Assembly (NCBI GenBank): GCA_036277075.1
Contig: DASUNQ010000108.1
Location: 1-49,325, forward strand
DNA: 49,325 bases
From: Thermoanaerobaculia bacterium
GTDB taxonomy: Bacteria; Acidobacteriota; Thermoanaerobaculia; Multivoradales; UBA5704
Reading direction: 5' to 3'
The notes beneath the pieces were generated by a model that saw nothing but the letters and a program-made list of their open reading frames with translations, was not told where the DNA came from and ran no database searches. The position numbers and the translations under genes are program-made. This document shows positions 34,544 to 43,136 of this stretch, one piece after another; the stretch's first letter is position 1, and the number at the start of each line of letters is the position of its first letter.

Positions 34544-37500
34544 ATGGAGAGCCTGGTAGAGAAGCGCGGCCGCCACTTCTATGCCTGGGAGCGGCGGGGC
34601 CGCGGGTGGCAGAGCTATCCGTATCCCGTCCCGCTCGCGCCGCCGTTCAGGCCATTCCGGTATCTCCGCGAGACGACCGTCGCTGCCGTTGACGACGGCA
34701 GGCACCCCACTCCGTTCTCGGCAATCCTCGAACGCTGGTTCGGCGGCCGACAGGAGCCGCCGCCTGCTCCGGTGGAGGAGGGAGAGCCGGAGCCCGAGCC
34801 GCGCCAGGACGACAGCGAGCTCATCGAGGTACAGCTCCTCCCGCCCGAGGATCTCTCCGTCACTCCCGCCCTGAGCCAGGCCTGGCTCAGGAGCCTCGCG
34901 TCGCTTCGGGCGCCGGCTTCGTTTGAGCTGGTGGCGACCGGCGGCACGGTTGCAGTGCTTCTCTCCTGCCGCAGTCAGGACGCGCCGCTCCCCTTCGCGC
35001 AGCTTCGGGCGTTCTTTCCACAGGTCGAGGTGCGGGAGGGCCAGGACCTTCTCCTGTCCGCGTGGGAGCAAGTCGCGGAGGGGACCTTCTCCGTTCTGGA
35101 GTTCGGCCTGGCCCACGAGTTCATGCTCCCGCTCGCACAAGGCAAGAGCTTCTCGCCCGACCCCCTCACCTCGATCGTGGCCGCGCTCGCCGAAGCCAAG
35201 GCCGGCGAGTTTGCGCTCCTGCAGGTTCTCTTCGAGAGAGTGTCGGCGCCGTGGCCCGAGAGCATCGTGCGGTCGGTGCAGACGCCTTCGGGCGAGCCGT
35301 TCTTTGCCGACGCCCCGGAGGTCACAAGTCTGGCCCGCGAGAAGGCATCAGCACCGCTCTTCGCTGTGGCGGTTCGCGCAATGGCGCTGGCTCCGAGCGG
35401 CGAGCGCCTGTGGACGCTCCTTCGCGGCATCGGCGGTGCGCTCTCCTCAGCCACACAGGGCGGCAACGAGCTGGTGCCTCTTGGCCAGGGCGATCTTGAT
35501 GACCTTCTCGGCGACGTGCTGTTTCGCACGACGCACCGCTCCGGCTGTCTTCTATCGCTTCCCGAACTTTCCACACTCGTACATCTGCCTTCCGCGTCGG
35601 TCCAGGCCATCGTCCGGGAGACCGGCCGCACCAAGGAAGTACCACCCGAAGCCCGCGACTCCGGCGTTGTCCTTGGGTATGGCGTCCACCAGGGCAAGCG
35701 AACCGAAGCCCGGCTCTCCGACGACGCGCGCATGCGCCACGTGCACGTCATTGGCGCACCAGGCACCGGCAAGTCAACGCTCCTGGTGTCCCTGATCCTT
35801 CAGGACATTGCGGCAGGCAACGGCGTTGGCGTCCTCGATCCGCACGGGGACCTCGTTGATGAGGTGCTCGCTCGGCTGCCGGAGGAGCGGGCACAGGACG
35901 TCATCCTTTTTGACCCCGCCGATCCCGAGTACGTCGTCGGCTGGAACATGCTCTCCGCCAGCTCCGAGGCGGAGAAGGAGATGCTCGCCTCAGACCTGGT
36001 GGCCGTCTTCCGCCGGCTCTCCACCTCCTGGGGCGACCAGATGACGGCGGTTCTCGCCAACGCGATCGGCGCCTTCCTGGAGTCACGCGATGGCGGGACG
36101 CTCCTCGACCTCCGGCGCTTCCTGGTTGATCCCGGCTTCCGCAAGCGCTTCCTCGAGACGGTGCCTGACGCCTTGGCGCGGGAGTTCTGGACGACGCACT
36201 TCCCGATGCTCAAAGGCTCGCCGCAGGGGCCGATCCTTACCAGGCTCGACAGCTTGCTGCGGGGGCGCCTGGTGCGCGGGGTGGTGACAGCGACCGAGCG
36301 GCCGCTCGACTTCCGCCGCGTGGTTGACGACGGACGGATCTTCCTGGGCAAGCTCTCGCAGGGCGCGATCGGCGAGGAGAACGCCTCCCTCCTCGGGTCG
36401 CTCCTGGTCTCCAAGTTCCACCAGGTCTCGCTCCTGCGGCAGGACCAGGCCGAAGCTGAGCGTCGCCCGTTCTTCCTCTACGTTGACGAGTTCCATGGCG
36501 TTGCCACGCCCTCGATGGCCGCGCTGTTCTCCGGCGCCCGGAAGTACCGGCTCTCGGTCACCGTGGCCCACCAGGACCTCTACCAGCTCCACAGCCGAGT
36601 GCCGGACGTCGAGCGGGCGGTGCTCGCCAACGCCTACACCCGAGTGTGCTTCCGCCTCGGAGATGAAGACGCGCGTGCACTCGCCCACGGGTTCTCCTTC
36701 TTCACGGCTGACGACCTGGGGAACCTCGGCACGGGAGAAGCGGTCTGCCGAGTCGGCAGGAAGGAGCAGGACTTCAACCTGGAGACAATCAGACCGGAGC
36801 CGTTGACTGCGGCGGCCGCGCGCGAGCAGCGGCGGGCGATGCGGATGGCTTCGCTCAAGAAGTGGGGTGTTCTGCGACCTGCGGAGGTCGAGCCGCCGCC
36901 GACTGTTGCCGATCAAGCGCGGGAGCCACGGCCTCCGCAGGAAGCTCGGACCCCTGAACGTCAGGGGGTGGAGCCTCCGGCGACCCCCAGACCGGCACGG
37001 GAGGCAAAGCCACCCGCGCCCCAAGTGCCGAGCGCTGCCGCACCGCATGCCGAGCCTCGGCGTCTGGGCAAAGGCGGCGCCGAACACACGTACCTGCAGG
37101 AGCTCATCAGTAGGTGGGCGGTGGAACGGGGTTTCCGTGCAGCGGTGGAGGAGCAGATCGCCGGCGGCCGCGAGAGCGTTGACTTGGCCCTCCACCGCGG
37201 CCAGTTCTCAGTCGCCTGCGAGATCAGTGTCACGACACCTCTGGATTACGAGGTCGGAAACGTCGAGAAGTGCCTGGCGGCCGGTTTCCCGATGGTAGCG
37301 GTTGTGTCGCTCAAGAAGGCGCGGCTTGAAAAGCTAGACAAGCTCCTGACCCGGACCTTGTCCGCGGACCAGCGCAGTCGCGTGCACGTCTTTACACCGG
37401 AGGAGCTTCTTGCCTGGCTGGCGGGTCAGCCGGCAGCGGAGGAGACGAGCACAGTTGCCGGGTACAAGGTCAAGGTTCGCTACCGGGAGGCGCCGGAGGC

Positions 37501-37561
37501 TCGGAAGCGGGTCGCCGAAATCCTGGCGCGCAGCATGAGGCGGCTCAAGAAGGACGAGTAG
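34544..37561 (+). CDS. TraD/VirD4-like ATPase with a large N-terminal domain, Pro-rich linker and C-terminal PD-(D/E)xK-like nuclease domain
   Basis: Walker A VIGAPGTGKSTL, Walker B FFLYVDEFH, VTVAHQDLYQL. The C-terminal GKGGAEHTYLQ...ESVDLAL...VACEISV pattern is suggestive of a restriction-endonuclease-like fold. Confidence 0.8.
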   Translation: MESLVEKRGRHFYAWERRGRGWQSYPYPVPLAPPFRPFRYLRETTVAAVDDGRHPTPFSAILERWFGGRQEPPPAPVEEGEPEPEPRQDDSELIEVQLLPPEDLSVTPALSQAWLRSLASLRAPASFELVATGGTVAVLLSCRSQDAPLPFAQLRAFFPQVEVREGQDLLLSAWEQVAEGTFSVLEFGLAHEFMLPLAQGKSFSPDPLTSIVAALAEAKAGEFALLQVLFERVSAPWPESIVRSVQTPSGEPFFADAPEVTSLAREKASAPLFAVAVRAMALAPSGERLWTLLRGIGGALSSATQGGNELVPLGQGDLDDLLGDVLFRTTHRSGCLLSLPELSTLVHLPSASVQAIVRETGRTKEVPPEARDSGVVLGYGVHQGKRTEARLSDDARMRHVHVIGAPGTGKSTLLVSLILQDIAAGNGVGVLDPHGDLVDEVLARLPEERAQDVILFDPADPEYVVGWNMLSASSEAEKEMLASDLVAVFRRLSTSWGDQMTAVLANAIGAFLESRDGGTLLDLRRFLVDPGFRKRFLETVPDALAREFWTTHFPMLKGSPQGPILTRLDSLLRGRLVRGVVTATERPLDFRRVVDDGRIFLGKLSQGAIGEENASLLGSLLVSKFHQVSLLRQDQAEAERRPFFLYVDEFHGVATPSMAALFSGARKYRLSVTVAHQDLYQLHSRVPDVERAVLANAYTRVCFRLGDEDARALAHGFSFFTADDLGNLGTGEAVCRVGRKEQDFNLETIRPEPLTAAAAREQRRAMRMASLKKWGVLRPAEVEPPPTVADQAREPRPPQEARTPERQGVEPPATPRPAREAKPPAPQVPSAAAPHAEPRRLGKGGAEHTYLQELISRWAVERGFRAAVEEQIAGGRESVDLALHRGQFSVACEISVTTPLDYEVGNVEKCLAAGFPMVAVVSLKKARLEKLDKLLTRTLSADQRSRVHVFTPEELLAWLAGQPAAEETSTVAGYKVKVRYREAPEARKRVAEILARSMRRLKKDE

Positions 37562-37694
37562 AGAGCGGGTAGCCTCCCCGGCAGATTCCTCCGCCTTGAG
37601 CGCCTGTCACCTGGCGAGTACTGTGGCTGCAGAGTCGTTCTTCGCATCCCACCAACAACCCGCCGTGGTATACGGCAGCTACAGAGAGGAGCCA

Positions 37695-39389
37695 ATGCCA
37701 CAACACCACCCTGACAGGACCGGAGACAAGCGAGTCGGCATCTGGATTCGGGTCTCAACCGAGGACCAGGCCAGGGGCGAAAGCCCCGAGCACCACGAGG
37801 CGCGAGCGCGGATGTACGCCGAGGTCAAGGGCTGGACGGTGGTCACCGTCTACCACCTCGAAGCCGTCAGCGGGAAGTCCGTCTTAGGACATCCCGAGGC
37901 TCAGCGCATGCTCGCCGACCTGCGCTCCCGCCACATCTCCGGCCTCATTTTCTCGAAGCTCGCCAGGCTGGCCCGCAACACCCGCGAACTCCTGGACATC
38001 TCGGATCTCTTCCAAGAGCATCGCGCGGACCTCATCTCGCTCCAGGAGTCGATCGACACCTCGACTCCCGCGGGTCGCTTCTTCTACACCATGCTCGGAG
38101 CGATGGCGCAGTGGGAGAGGGAGGAGACCGCCGACCGAGTGGCCGCCTCCGTGCCGATCCGGGCCAAGCTCGGGAAACCCTTGGGCGGAAAGACACCCTA
38201 CGGGTACCACTGGCAAGCCGGCAAACTCGTCCCTCACCCGCAAGAGGTGCCGATCCGCAAGCTTATGTACGAGCTCTTCCTCACCCATCGCAGGGTCAAG
38301 ACCGTCGCCCGGCTCCTCAATGAGGCTGGATACCGGACTAAGACCGGAGGACTCTTCGGACCCACGACCGTCAAGCGCATCCTGCGCGACCCCACGGCCA
38401 AGGGCCAGCGCCGCGCGAACTTCACCAGGAACCTGGGCGGCAACCGCCGGCGCTGGGTCCTCAAGCCGCAGGAGGACTGGGTGTGGTCCGAGGTCGAGCC
38501 GATCGTCTCCGAGGAGATCTGGGAGCGGGCCAACGCCCTGCTGGAAGGGCGCAAAGAGAAGCGCCCGGGGCGGAGGCCGGTCCACCTCTTCACGGGAGTG
38601 GCCTTCTGCCATTGCGGCGCCAAGCTCTACGTGCCCTCCAACACCCCGAAGTGGGTCTGCTACAAGTGCCGCAACAAGATCCCGATCACGGACCTCGACC
38701 GGGTCTTCGAGGAGCAGCTCAAGGACTTCTTCCTCTCCGAGGAGAAGATCGCGGAGGCGCTTGCCGAGTCTGACCGGACGCTCGTAGAGAAGCGCGAGCT
38801 TCTCTCGGTCCTCACGGCAGAGCGGGAGCGACTTTCCGGAGAGATGGAGAAGGTCTACCGCCTCTACATGAGCGACGTGCTCTCGCCGGAAGGCTTCGGC
38901 GAGCGGTACCGCCCTCTGGAAGAGCGGGTGCGACAGCTTGGGGAGGAGATCCCTCGCCTTCAAGGGGAGATCGACTTCCTGACCATCGAGCACCTCTCAA
39001 GCGAGGAGGTCGTCTCCCAAGCCAGAAGCCTCTACGGCCGCTGGCAGGAGCTTCCCTTCGAGGAGCGGCGGGCGATCGTCGAGACCATCGTCGAACGGAT
39101 CACCGTCAGGAGGGACGAGGTCGAAATCGACCTCGCCTACTTTCCCTCTCCGGGAGAAGTAATAGCAGAAAGGGACCGTTCGCGGACGAGTACAGCGACA
39201 CCCTCGGCTTCTATGTCCGCGGGCCGCACCGGACGGTCCTCTACGTCCCGGACACCGACTCCTGGCGCGCCTGGCCGCGGCCGCTGCCGGAGCTGCTGGC
39301 GGGCGTGGACGAGGCGCTCCTCGACGGGACCTTCTACTCGCTCGACGAGCTGCCCGGACGAGACGTCGCCTCGATCGGCCATCCGCTGA
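37695..39389 (+). CDS. Large serine recombinase (island integrase); native sequence to 39186, then read-through into host DNA
   Basis: GAGAGGAG RBS. IWIRVSTEDQ catalytic motif, FSKLARLARN, zinc ribbon CHCGAKLYVPSNTPKWVCYKCRNK, coiled coil, ITVRRDEVEIDLAY. After 39186 the frame continues about 67 codons out of frame across the host gene fragment. Confidence 0.9.
   Translation: MPQHHPDRTGDKRVGIWIRVSTEDQARGESPEHHEARARMYAEVKGWTVVTVYHLEAVSGKSVLGHPEAQRMLADLRSRHISGLIFSKLARLARNTRELLDISDLFQEHRADLISLQESIDTSTPAGRFFYTMLGAMAQWEREETADRVAASVPIRAKLGKPLGGKTPYGYHWQAGKLVPHPQEVPIRKLMYELFLTHRRVKTVARLLNEAGYRTKTGGLFGPTTVKRILRDPTAKGQRRANFTRNLGGNRRRWVLKPQEDWVWSEVEPIVSEEIWERANALLEGRKEKRPGRRPVHLFTGVAFCHCGAKLYVPSNTPKWVCYKCRNKIPITDLDRVFEEQLKDFFLSEEKIAEALAESDRTLVEKRELLSVLTAERERLSGEMEKVYRLYMSDVLSPEGFGERYRPLEERVRQLGEEIPRLQGEIDFLTIEHLSSEEVVSQARSLYGRWQELPFEERRAIVETIVERITVRRDEVEIDLAYFPSPGEVIAERDRSRTSTATPSASMSAGRTGRSSTSRTPTPGAPGRGRCRSCWRAWTRRSSTGPSTRSTSCPDETSPRSAIR
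39166..39186 (+). other. attR junction: island arm CAGAAAGGGACCG-TTCGCG plus core GA (39185-39186)
   Basis: The host gene resumes at 39187 (CGAGTACAGCGAC = ...EYSD). The arm is the inverted partner of 4807-4819 (12/13 complementary). Confidence 0.7.
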
Positions 39390-39562
39390 TGACCGAGACG
39401 ATGGAGCTGCTGGGGCCGCTGGTGAAGGACGGAACGCTGCGGGTCGCCTTCACCCATCTCAACCACTCGAACCCGGCGCTGCAACCCGAGAGCGCGGCGC
39501 GCAAGGCCATCGGGACACACGGCTTCCGCGTCCTCGCGGAGGGGGAGGAGCTTTCCCTATGA
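39187..39562 (+). pseudogene. 3' part of the interrupted PqqB-like MBL-fold hydrolase gene
   Basis: Translation (D)[29 protein letters not shown]...[11 protein letters not shown]...RVLAEGEELSL is collinear with the C-terminus of the paralogue at 5282..6238. 596 nt + 376 nt = 972 nt, in frame. Confidence 0.85.
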
Positions 39563-39586
39563 GCCAAACCTTCATGCGGTAGGGCC

Positions 39587-39835
39587 AGGAACAGTGCCCG
39601 GACGCTCCGGGAACAGTTCCCCACGGTTAGGAACAGTGCCCGGACGGTCCGGGAACAGTTCCCAACGGCCAGGAACAGTGCCCGGACGCTCCGGGAGCAG
39701 TTCCCAACGGCCAGGAACAATGCCCGGACGCTCCGGGAACAGTTCCTAACGGCCAGAAACAGTGCCCGGACGCTCCGGGAACAGTTCCCAGCGGCTGGGA
39801 ACAGTGCCCGGATGCTCCGGGAGCAGTTCCGAGCC
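39587..39835 (+). repeat. Six direct copies of a 42-bp palindromic unit
   Basis: AGGAACAGTGCCCGGACGCTCCGGGAACAGTTCCCAACGGCC-type units start at 39587, 39629, 39671, 39713, 39755 and 39797. Each contains GGAACAGTGCCCGG-ACGCT-CCGGGAACAGTTCC. Confidence 0.9.
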
Positions 39836-40050
39836 GTCCGGGCACAGTTCCTGAGCGCGGGGAACTCTTCCCGATCCGTCCGGGCACTGTTCCTGAGGGC
39901 TGGGAACTCTTCCCGGTCCGTCCGGGCACTGTTCCTGAGGGCTGGGAACTCTTCCCGGTCCGTCCGGGCACAGTTCCTGAGGGCTGGGAACTCTTCCCGG
40001 TCCGTCCGGGCACAGTTCCCGAGAGCTGGGAACTCTTCCCGGTCCGTCCC
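39836..40050 (-). repeat. Five (plus one truncated) copies of the same 42-bp unit in inverted orientation
   Basis: GTCCGGGCAC(T/A)GTTCCTGAGGGCTGGGAACTCTTCCCGGTCC units start at 39836, 39878, 39920, 39962 and 40004, with a truncated copy at 40046. GTCCGGGCACTGTTCC is the exact reverse complement of GGAACAGTGCCCGGAC in the left array. Confidence 0.9.
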
Positions 40051-40829
40051 TAGGGGCTGGGCGCCGGCTCCGGCGAGCTGAAGACCGTGTCCGGCAGGGT
40101 GTCCGCGACGGCGATGTCGCGCAGCTCGAGCCGGCGCTCGGCGCCGAGCTGGACGCGCAGGGGAGCCAGCTTGATCCGGCCGAACGTGTCCCAGCCCTGC
40201 CACAGCCAGACAGTCGGCGCGGCGTCGGGCGGCTGGTCCTGCAGGCGGTACGCCCAGCGGTCCATCAGCCCGGTCGCGCGGTTGACGTAGGCCCAGTAGG
40301 TGTCGCCCGGCGTCAGGCCGACCGCCTGGAAGCTGAGGCGGAGCTTGTCGTAGACCTGCCCGTCGAGCGTCTCCTCGCCGTCGAAGGCGAGGCTCGCTCC
40401 GGGGTCGCGCAGCTTGTAGGGCATCAGCAGCCAGTAGGTGTCGTTGATCCAGGCGCCGTAGGCGCGCTCGAGCAGCTCCGGCGCCTCCTCGGCGCTCGCC
40501 GGCCGGCCGTCGAGCCAGGCCTGGCCGCCCTCGCGCGTCGCGACGTTGTGCAGGACGAGGAAGCTCTTGCCCTCCTGCGTCTGCCCTTCGACGCGGTGGC
40601 GCCCGGTGTGCTTGTCCCAGACGTGGGTGCGCCGACCGTTGAAGTTGAAACGGATGTAGCGGGTGGCTTCCCAGGCCTCGCGCCCGCCGAGCGCCGTGAG
40701 CAGGCGCTCGGCAACCTCGGCCGCGCGCGGATCGGCTTGGCCCTGCGGCGGCGGCGTCGGCTGCGCGGCGGCCGCCGCCGCGGCGAGCAGGAGAGGAGCG
40801 AGCGCGGCGACTCTGCGTTGCGGGAGCAT
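40050..40829 (-). CDS. Secreted hypothetical protein
   Basis: The real start within ORF 40050..41753 is the ATG at 40829, preceded by GGAGG. Signal peptide MLPQRRVAALAPLLLAAAAAAAQ. Confidence 0.7.
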   Translation of the reverse strand: MLPQRRVAALAPLLLAAAAAAAQPTPPPQGQADPRAAEVAERLLTALGGREAWEATRYIRFNFNGRRTHVWDKHTGRHRVEGQTQEGKSFLVLHNVATREGGQAWLDGRPASAEEAPELLERAYGAWINDTYWLLMPYKLRDPGASLAFDGEETLDGQVYDKLRLSFQAVGLTPGDTYWAYVNRATGLMDRWAYRLQDQPPDAAPTVWLWQGWDTFGRIKLAPLRVQLGAERRLELRDIAVADTLPDTVFSSPEPAPSP

Positions 40830-40874
40830 CGGTGCACCTCCTCGGCAACGCGATGATACCGTGAGGTTTGGGCC

Positions 40875-43124
40875 ATGACCGACGCGACGATCACCGCCAC
40901 AGCGACGCCCGCCAATCGCCTGTCGCGCGAGAGCAGCCCCTATCTCCTGCTCCACGCGCACAACCCGGTCGACTGGTACCCCTGGGGCGAGGAGGCGCTG
41001 GCCCGCGCGCGCGCCGAGGACAAGCCGATCTTCCTCTCGGTCGGCTACTCGACCTGCTACTGGTGCCACGTCATGGAGCGGGAGTCCTTCTCCTCGCCGG
41101 ACGTCGCGGCGCGGATGAACCGCGACTTCGTCAACGTCAAGCTCGACCGCGAGGAGCGACCCGACCTCGACGAGATCTACATGGCGGCGACCCAGATCCT
41201 GAGCGGCCAGGGCGGCTGGCCCAACTCGGTCTTCTTGACGCCGGACCTCAAGCCCTTCTACGCCGGCACCTACTTCCCCCCCGAGGACCGTTACGGCCGC
41301 CCCGGTTTCACGAGCGTGCTCGCGGGGCTCGCCGAGTCCTGGCGCACCCGCCGCGGCGACGTCGAGGAGCAGGCCGGGGAGCTGGCGGAGGCGATGCGGC
41401 GCTACCTCGAGCAGCGCGACAGGGCGGCCGCGGCGCCGCCGCCACCGGACGTAGCGCGGCGCGCGCTCGACTCGCTCGCCCGCCGCTACGACGCGGCGTG
41501 GGGAGGGTTCGGGGAGGCGCCCAAGTTCCCGACGCCGTCGAACCTCTTCCTCCTCCTGCACTGGGCCGACCGCGATCCGCAGGCGGCGGCGATGCTCGCC
41601 GGCACGCTCGACCAGATGGCCCGCGGCGGCCTCTACGACCAGCTCGCCGGCGGTTTCCATCGCTACGCCACCGACCGCGAGTGGAAGGTGCCGCACTTCG
41701 AGAAGATGCTCTACGACAACGGCCTGCTGCTGGAGGTCTACGCCCGCAGCCACGCCCGCAGCGGCGACCTCGAGACGGCGCGGATCGCGCGCGAGACCGC
41801 CGCCTTCCTAGGGCGCGAGTTGAGCGCGCCGGAAGGCGCCTTCTGGAGCGCGATCGACGCCGAGACGGACGGCCACGAGGGGGCCTACTACGTCTGGGCT
41901 CGCGCCGAGCTCGACGCGGCGCTCGGCCCCGAGGACGCCGCCTTCCTGGCGCCGCTCTACGGCTTCGACGGCCCCCCTTTCTTCGAGGGGGATCGCTACG
42001 TCCTGCACCTGCCGGCGCCGGTTGACGAGCTGGCGCGGCGGCGGCAGCTCGGGCCGGCGGAGCTGCTCGCCGAGATCGCGCCGCTGCGGCAGCGGCTGCT
42101 GGCGGCGCGCGAGCGACGCCCGCGGCCGGCGACCGACGACAAGGTGCTCACCGACTGGAACGGCACCGCGGTGGCGGGGCTCGCGACGGCGGGGGAGGCG
42201 CTCGGGGACCCGCAGCTCGTGGCGCGGGCGGCGCGGGCGGCGGACTTCCTGCTCCAGGAGCTGCGCCCGGCCGGCGGGCCGCTGCTCCACGCCTGGCGCG
42301 GCGGGGCGGCGAAGATCCCGGCGATGCTCGCGGACTACGCTCTGCTCGGGCACGGGCTGCTGGCGCTCCACCGGGCGAGCGGCGAGCGGCGCTGGCTCGA
42401 CGCCGCGGCCGAGCTGACGCACGAGCAGATCGAGCGGCTCGGGGACCCGGGAAACGGCGGTTTCTTCACCGCCGGCGCGAGCGCCGACGTCCTCTTCCGC
42501 AGCAAGGACATCTTCGACGGCGCGATGCCGGGAGCCAACGCGGTCGCCGCCCTGAACCTGGTCGAGCTGGCGGAGCGAACCCGCGAGCGGAAGTGGCTCG
42601 ACCCGGCGCGGCGCACGCTCCAGGCCTTCGGCGGGCTGGTGGCGTCGTTCCCCGAAGGCGCGCGGACGATGGCGATCGCCGCGGAGCGCTACGCCGCGGT
42701 CGCAGGGGAGGACTCGCGGCCGGCCGGCGATGCCGCCGCGGCCGGAGCGCGGTCGGCGGTCGGAGAGCTGGAGGAGCTCGGCCGGCAGTTGGTGACGACG
42801 CGGTTGGAAGTGGGGGAGCCGGGTGAAGACGACTGGCGCCCCTTCCGGCTGACGCTCGGCATCGCCCCCGGCTGGCACCTGAACGCCAACCCTCCCGCCA
42901 ATCCGTCGCTGATTCCCACCAGCCTCGCCGCCAAGGGCGCGCGATTCCGCGAGGTCGCCTACCCTCCTGGCGACCGTCCCCTCTACGAGGGCGAGATCGC
43001 GATCACCGGCGCCCTCGTCGCGGAGGAGCCGGGCGCTCGCCTCCTCCTCACCTACCAGCCCTGCGACGAGTCCCGCTGCCTGCCGCCGGTGCGGGCCGAG
43101 CTGTCCCTTCCATCGACCGCGTGA
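40875..43124 (+). CDS. Thioredoxin-domain protein of the YyaL/DUF255 family with a C-terminal DsbD-N-like extension
   Basis: [65 protein letters not shown]. Tail GWHLNANPP...[16 protein letters not shown]. Confidence 0.9.
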   Translation: MTDATITATATPANRLSRESSPYLLLHAHNPVDWYPWGEEALARARAEDKPIFLSVGYSTCYWCHVMERESFSSPDVAARMNRDFVNVKLDREERPDLDEIYMAATQILSGQGGWPNSVFLTPDLKPFYAGTYFPPEDRYGRPGFTSVLAGLAESWRTRRGDVEEQAGELAEAMRRYLEQRDRAAAAPPPPDVARRALDSLARRYDAAWGGFGEAPKFPTPSNLFLLLHWADRDPQAAAMLAGTLDQMARGGLYDQLAGGFHRYATDREWKVPHFEKMLYDNGLLLEVYARSHARSGDLETARIARETAAFLGRELSAPEGAFWSAIDAETDGHEGAYYVWARAELDAALGPEDAAFLAPLYGFDGPPFFEGDRYVLHLPAPVDELARRRQLGPAELLAEIAPLRQRLLAARERRPRPATDDKVLTDWNGTAVAGLATAGEALGDPQLVARAARAADFLLQELRPAGGPLLHAWRGGAAKIPAMLADYALLGHGLLALHRASGERRWLDAAAELTHEQIERLGDPGNGGFFTAGASADVLFRSKDIFDGAMPGANAVAALNLVELAERTRERKWLDPARRTLQAFGGLVASFPEGARTMAIAAERYAAVAGEDSRPAGDAAAAGARSAVGELEELGRQLVTTRLEVGEPGEDDWRPFRLTLGIAPGWHLNANPPANPSLIPTSLAAKGARFREVAYPPGDRPLYEGEIAITGALVAEEPGARLLLTYQPCDESRCLPPVRAELSLPSTA

Positions 43125-43136
43125 CCGCGTGCGCCG

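Larger units (their letters stand above)
4801..39186. mobile_element. 34.4-kb mosaic integrative island, large-serine-recombinase type
   Basis: Bounded by the two halves of one host gene, and both junctions read GGA. The interior is visibly lower and patchy in G+C compared with the flanks (by eye, not computed). It carries two LSR genes, an LSR fragment, replication-like and DNA-translocase-like genes and a defence operon. Confidence 0.85.

Noticed and set aside
4801-39186. Island as a prophage or a self-transmissible ICE
   Set aside because: I recognised no capsid, portal, terminase, tail or lysis genes, and no relaxase, VirB4 or pilus genes. Only recombinases, small replication-like genes and coupling-protein-like ATPases are present.
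39587-40050. Possible CRISPR array, given regularly spaced repeats with 42-bp period
   Set aside because: There are no unique spacers: the 8-10 nt between palindromic cores are themselves conserved. The second half is the inverted complement of the first, and no cas genes are nearby.
39334-40848. Long ORFs across the repeat region (39334..40848 -, 39627..40013 -, 39812..40081 +) encoding repetitive GTVPGRTGKSSQPS-like peptides
   Set aside because: These are translation artefacts of the tandem DNA repeat, open in several frames and on both strands. The genuine minus-strand gene starts at 40829 with an RBS and signal peptide and ends at 40050.
40830-41753. N-terminal extension of ORF 40050..41753
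   Set aside because: It is antisense to the motif-rich YyaL-type thioredoxin gene. The real start with GGAGG and a signal peptide is at 40829.
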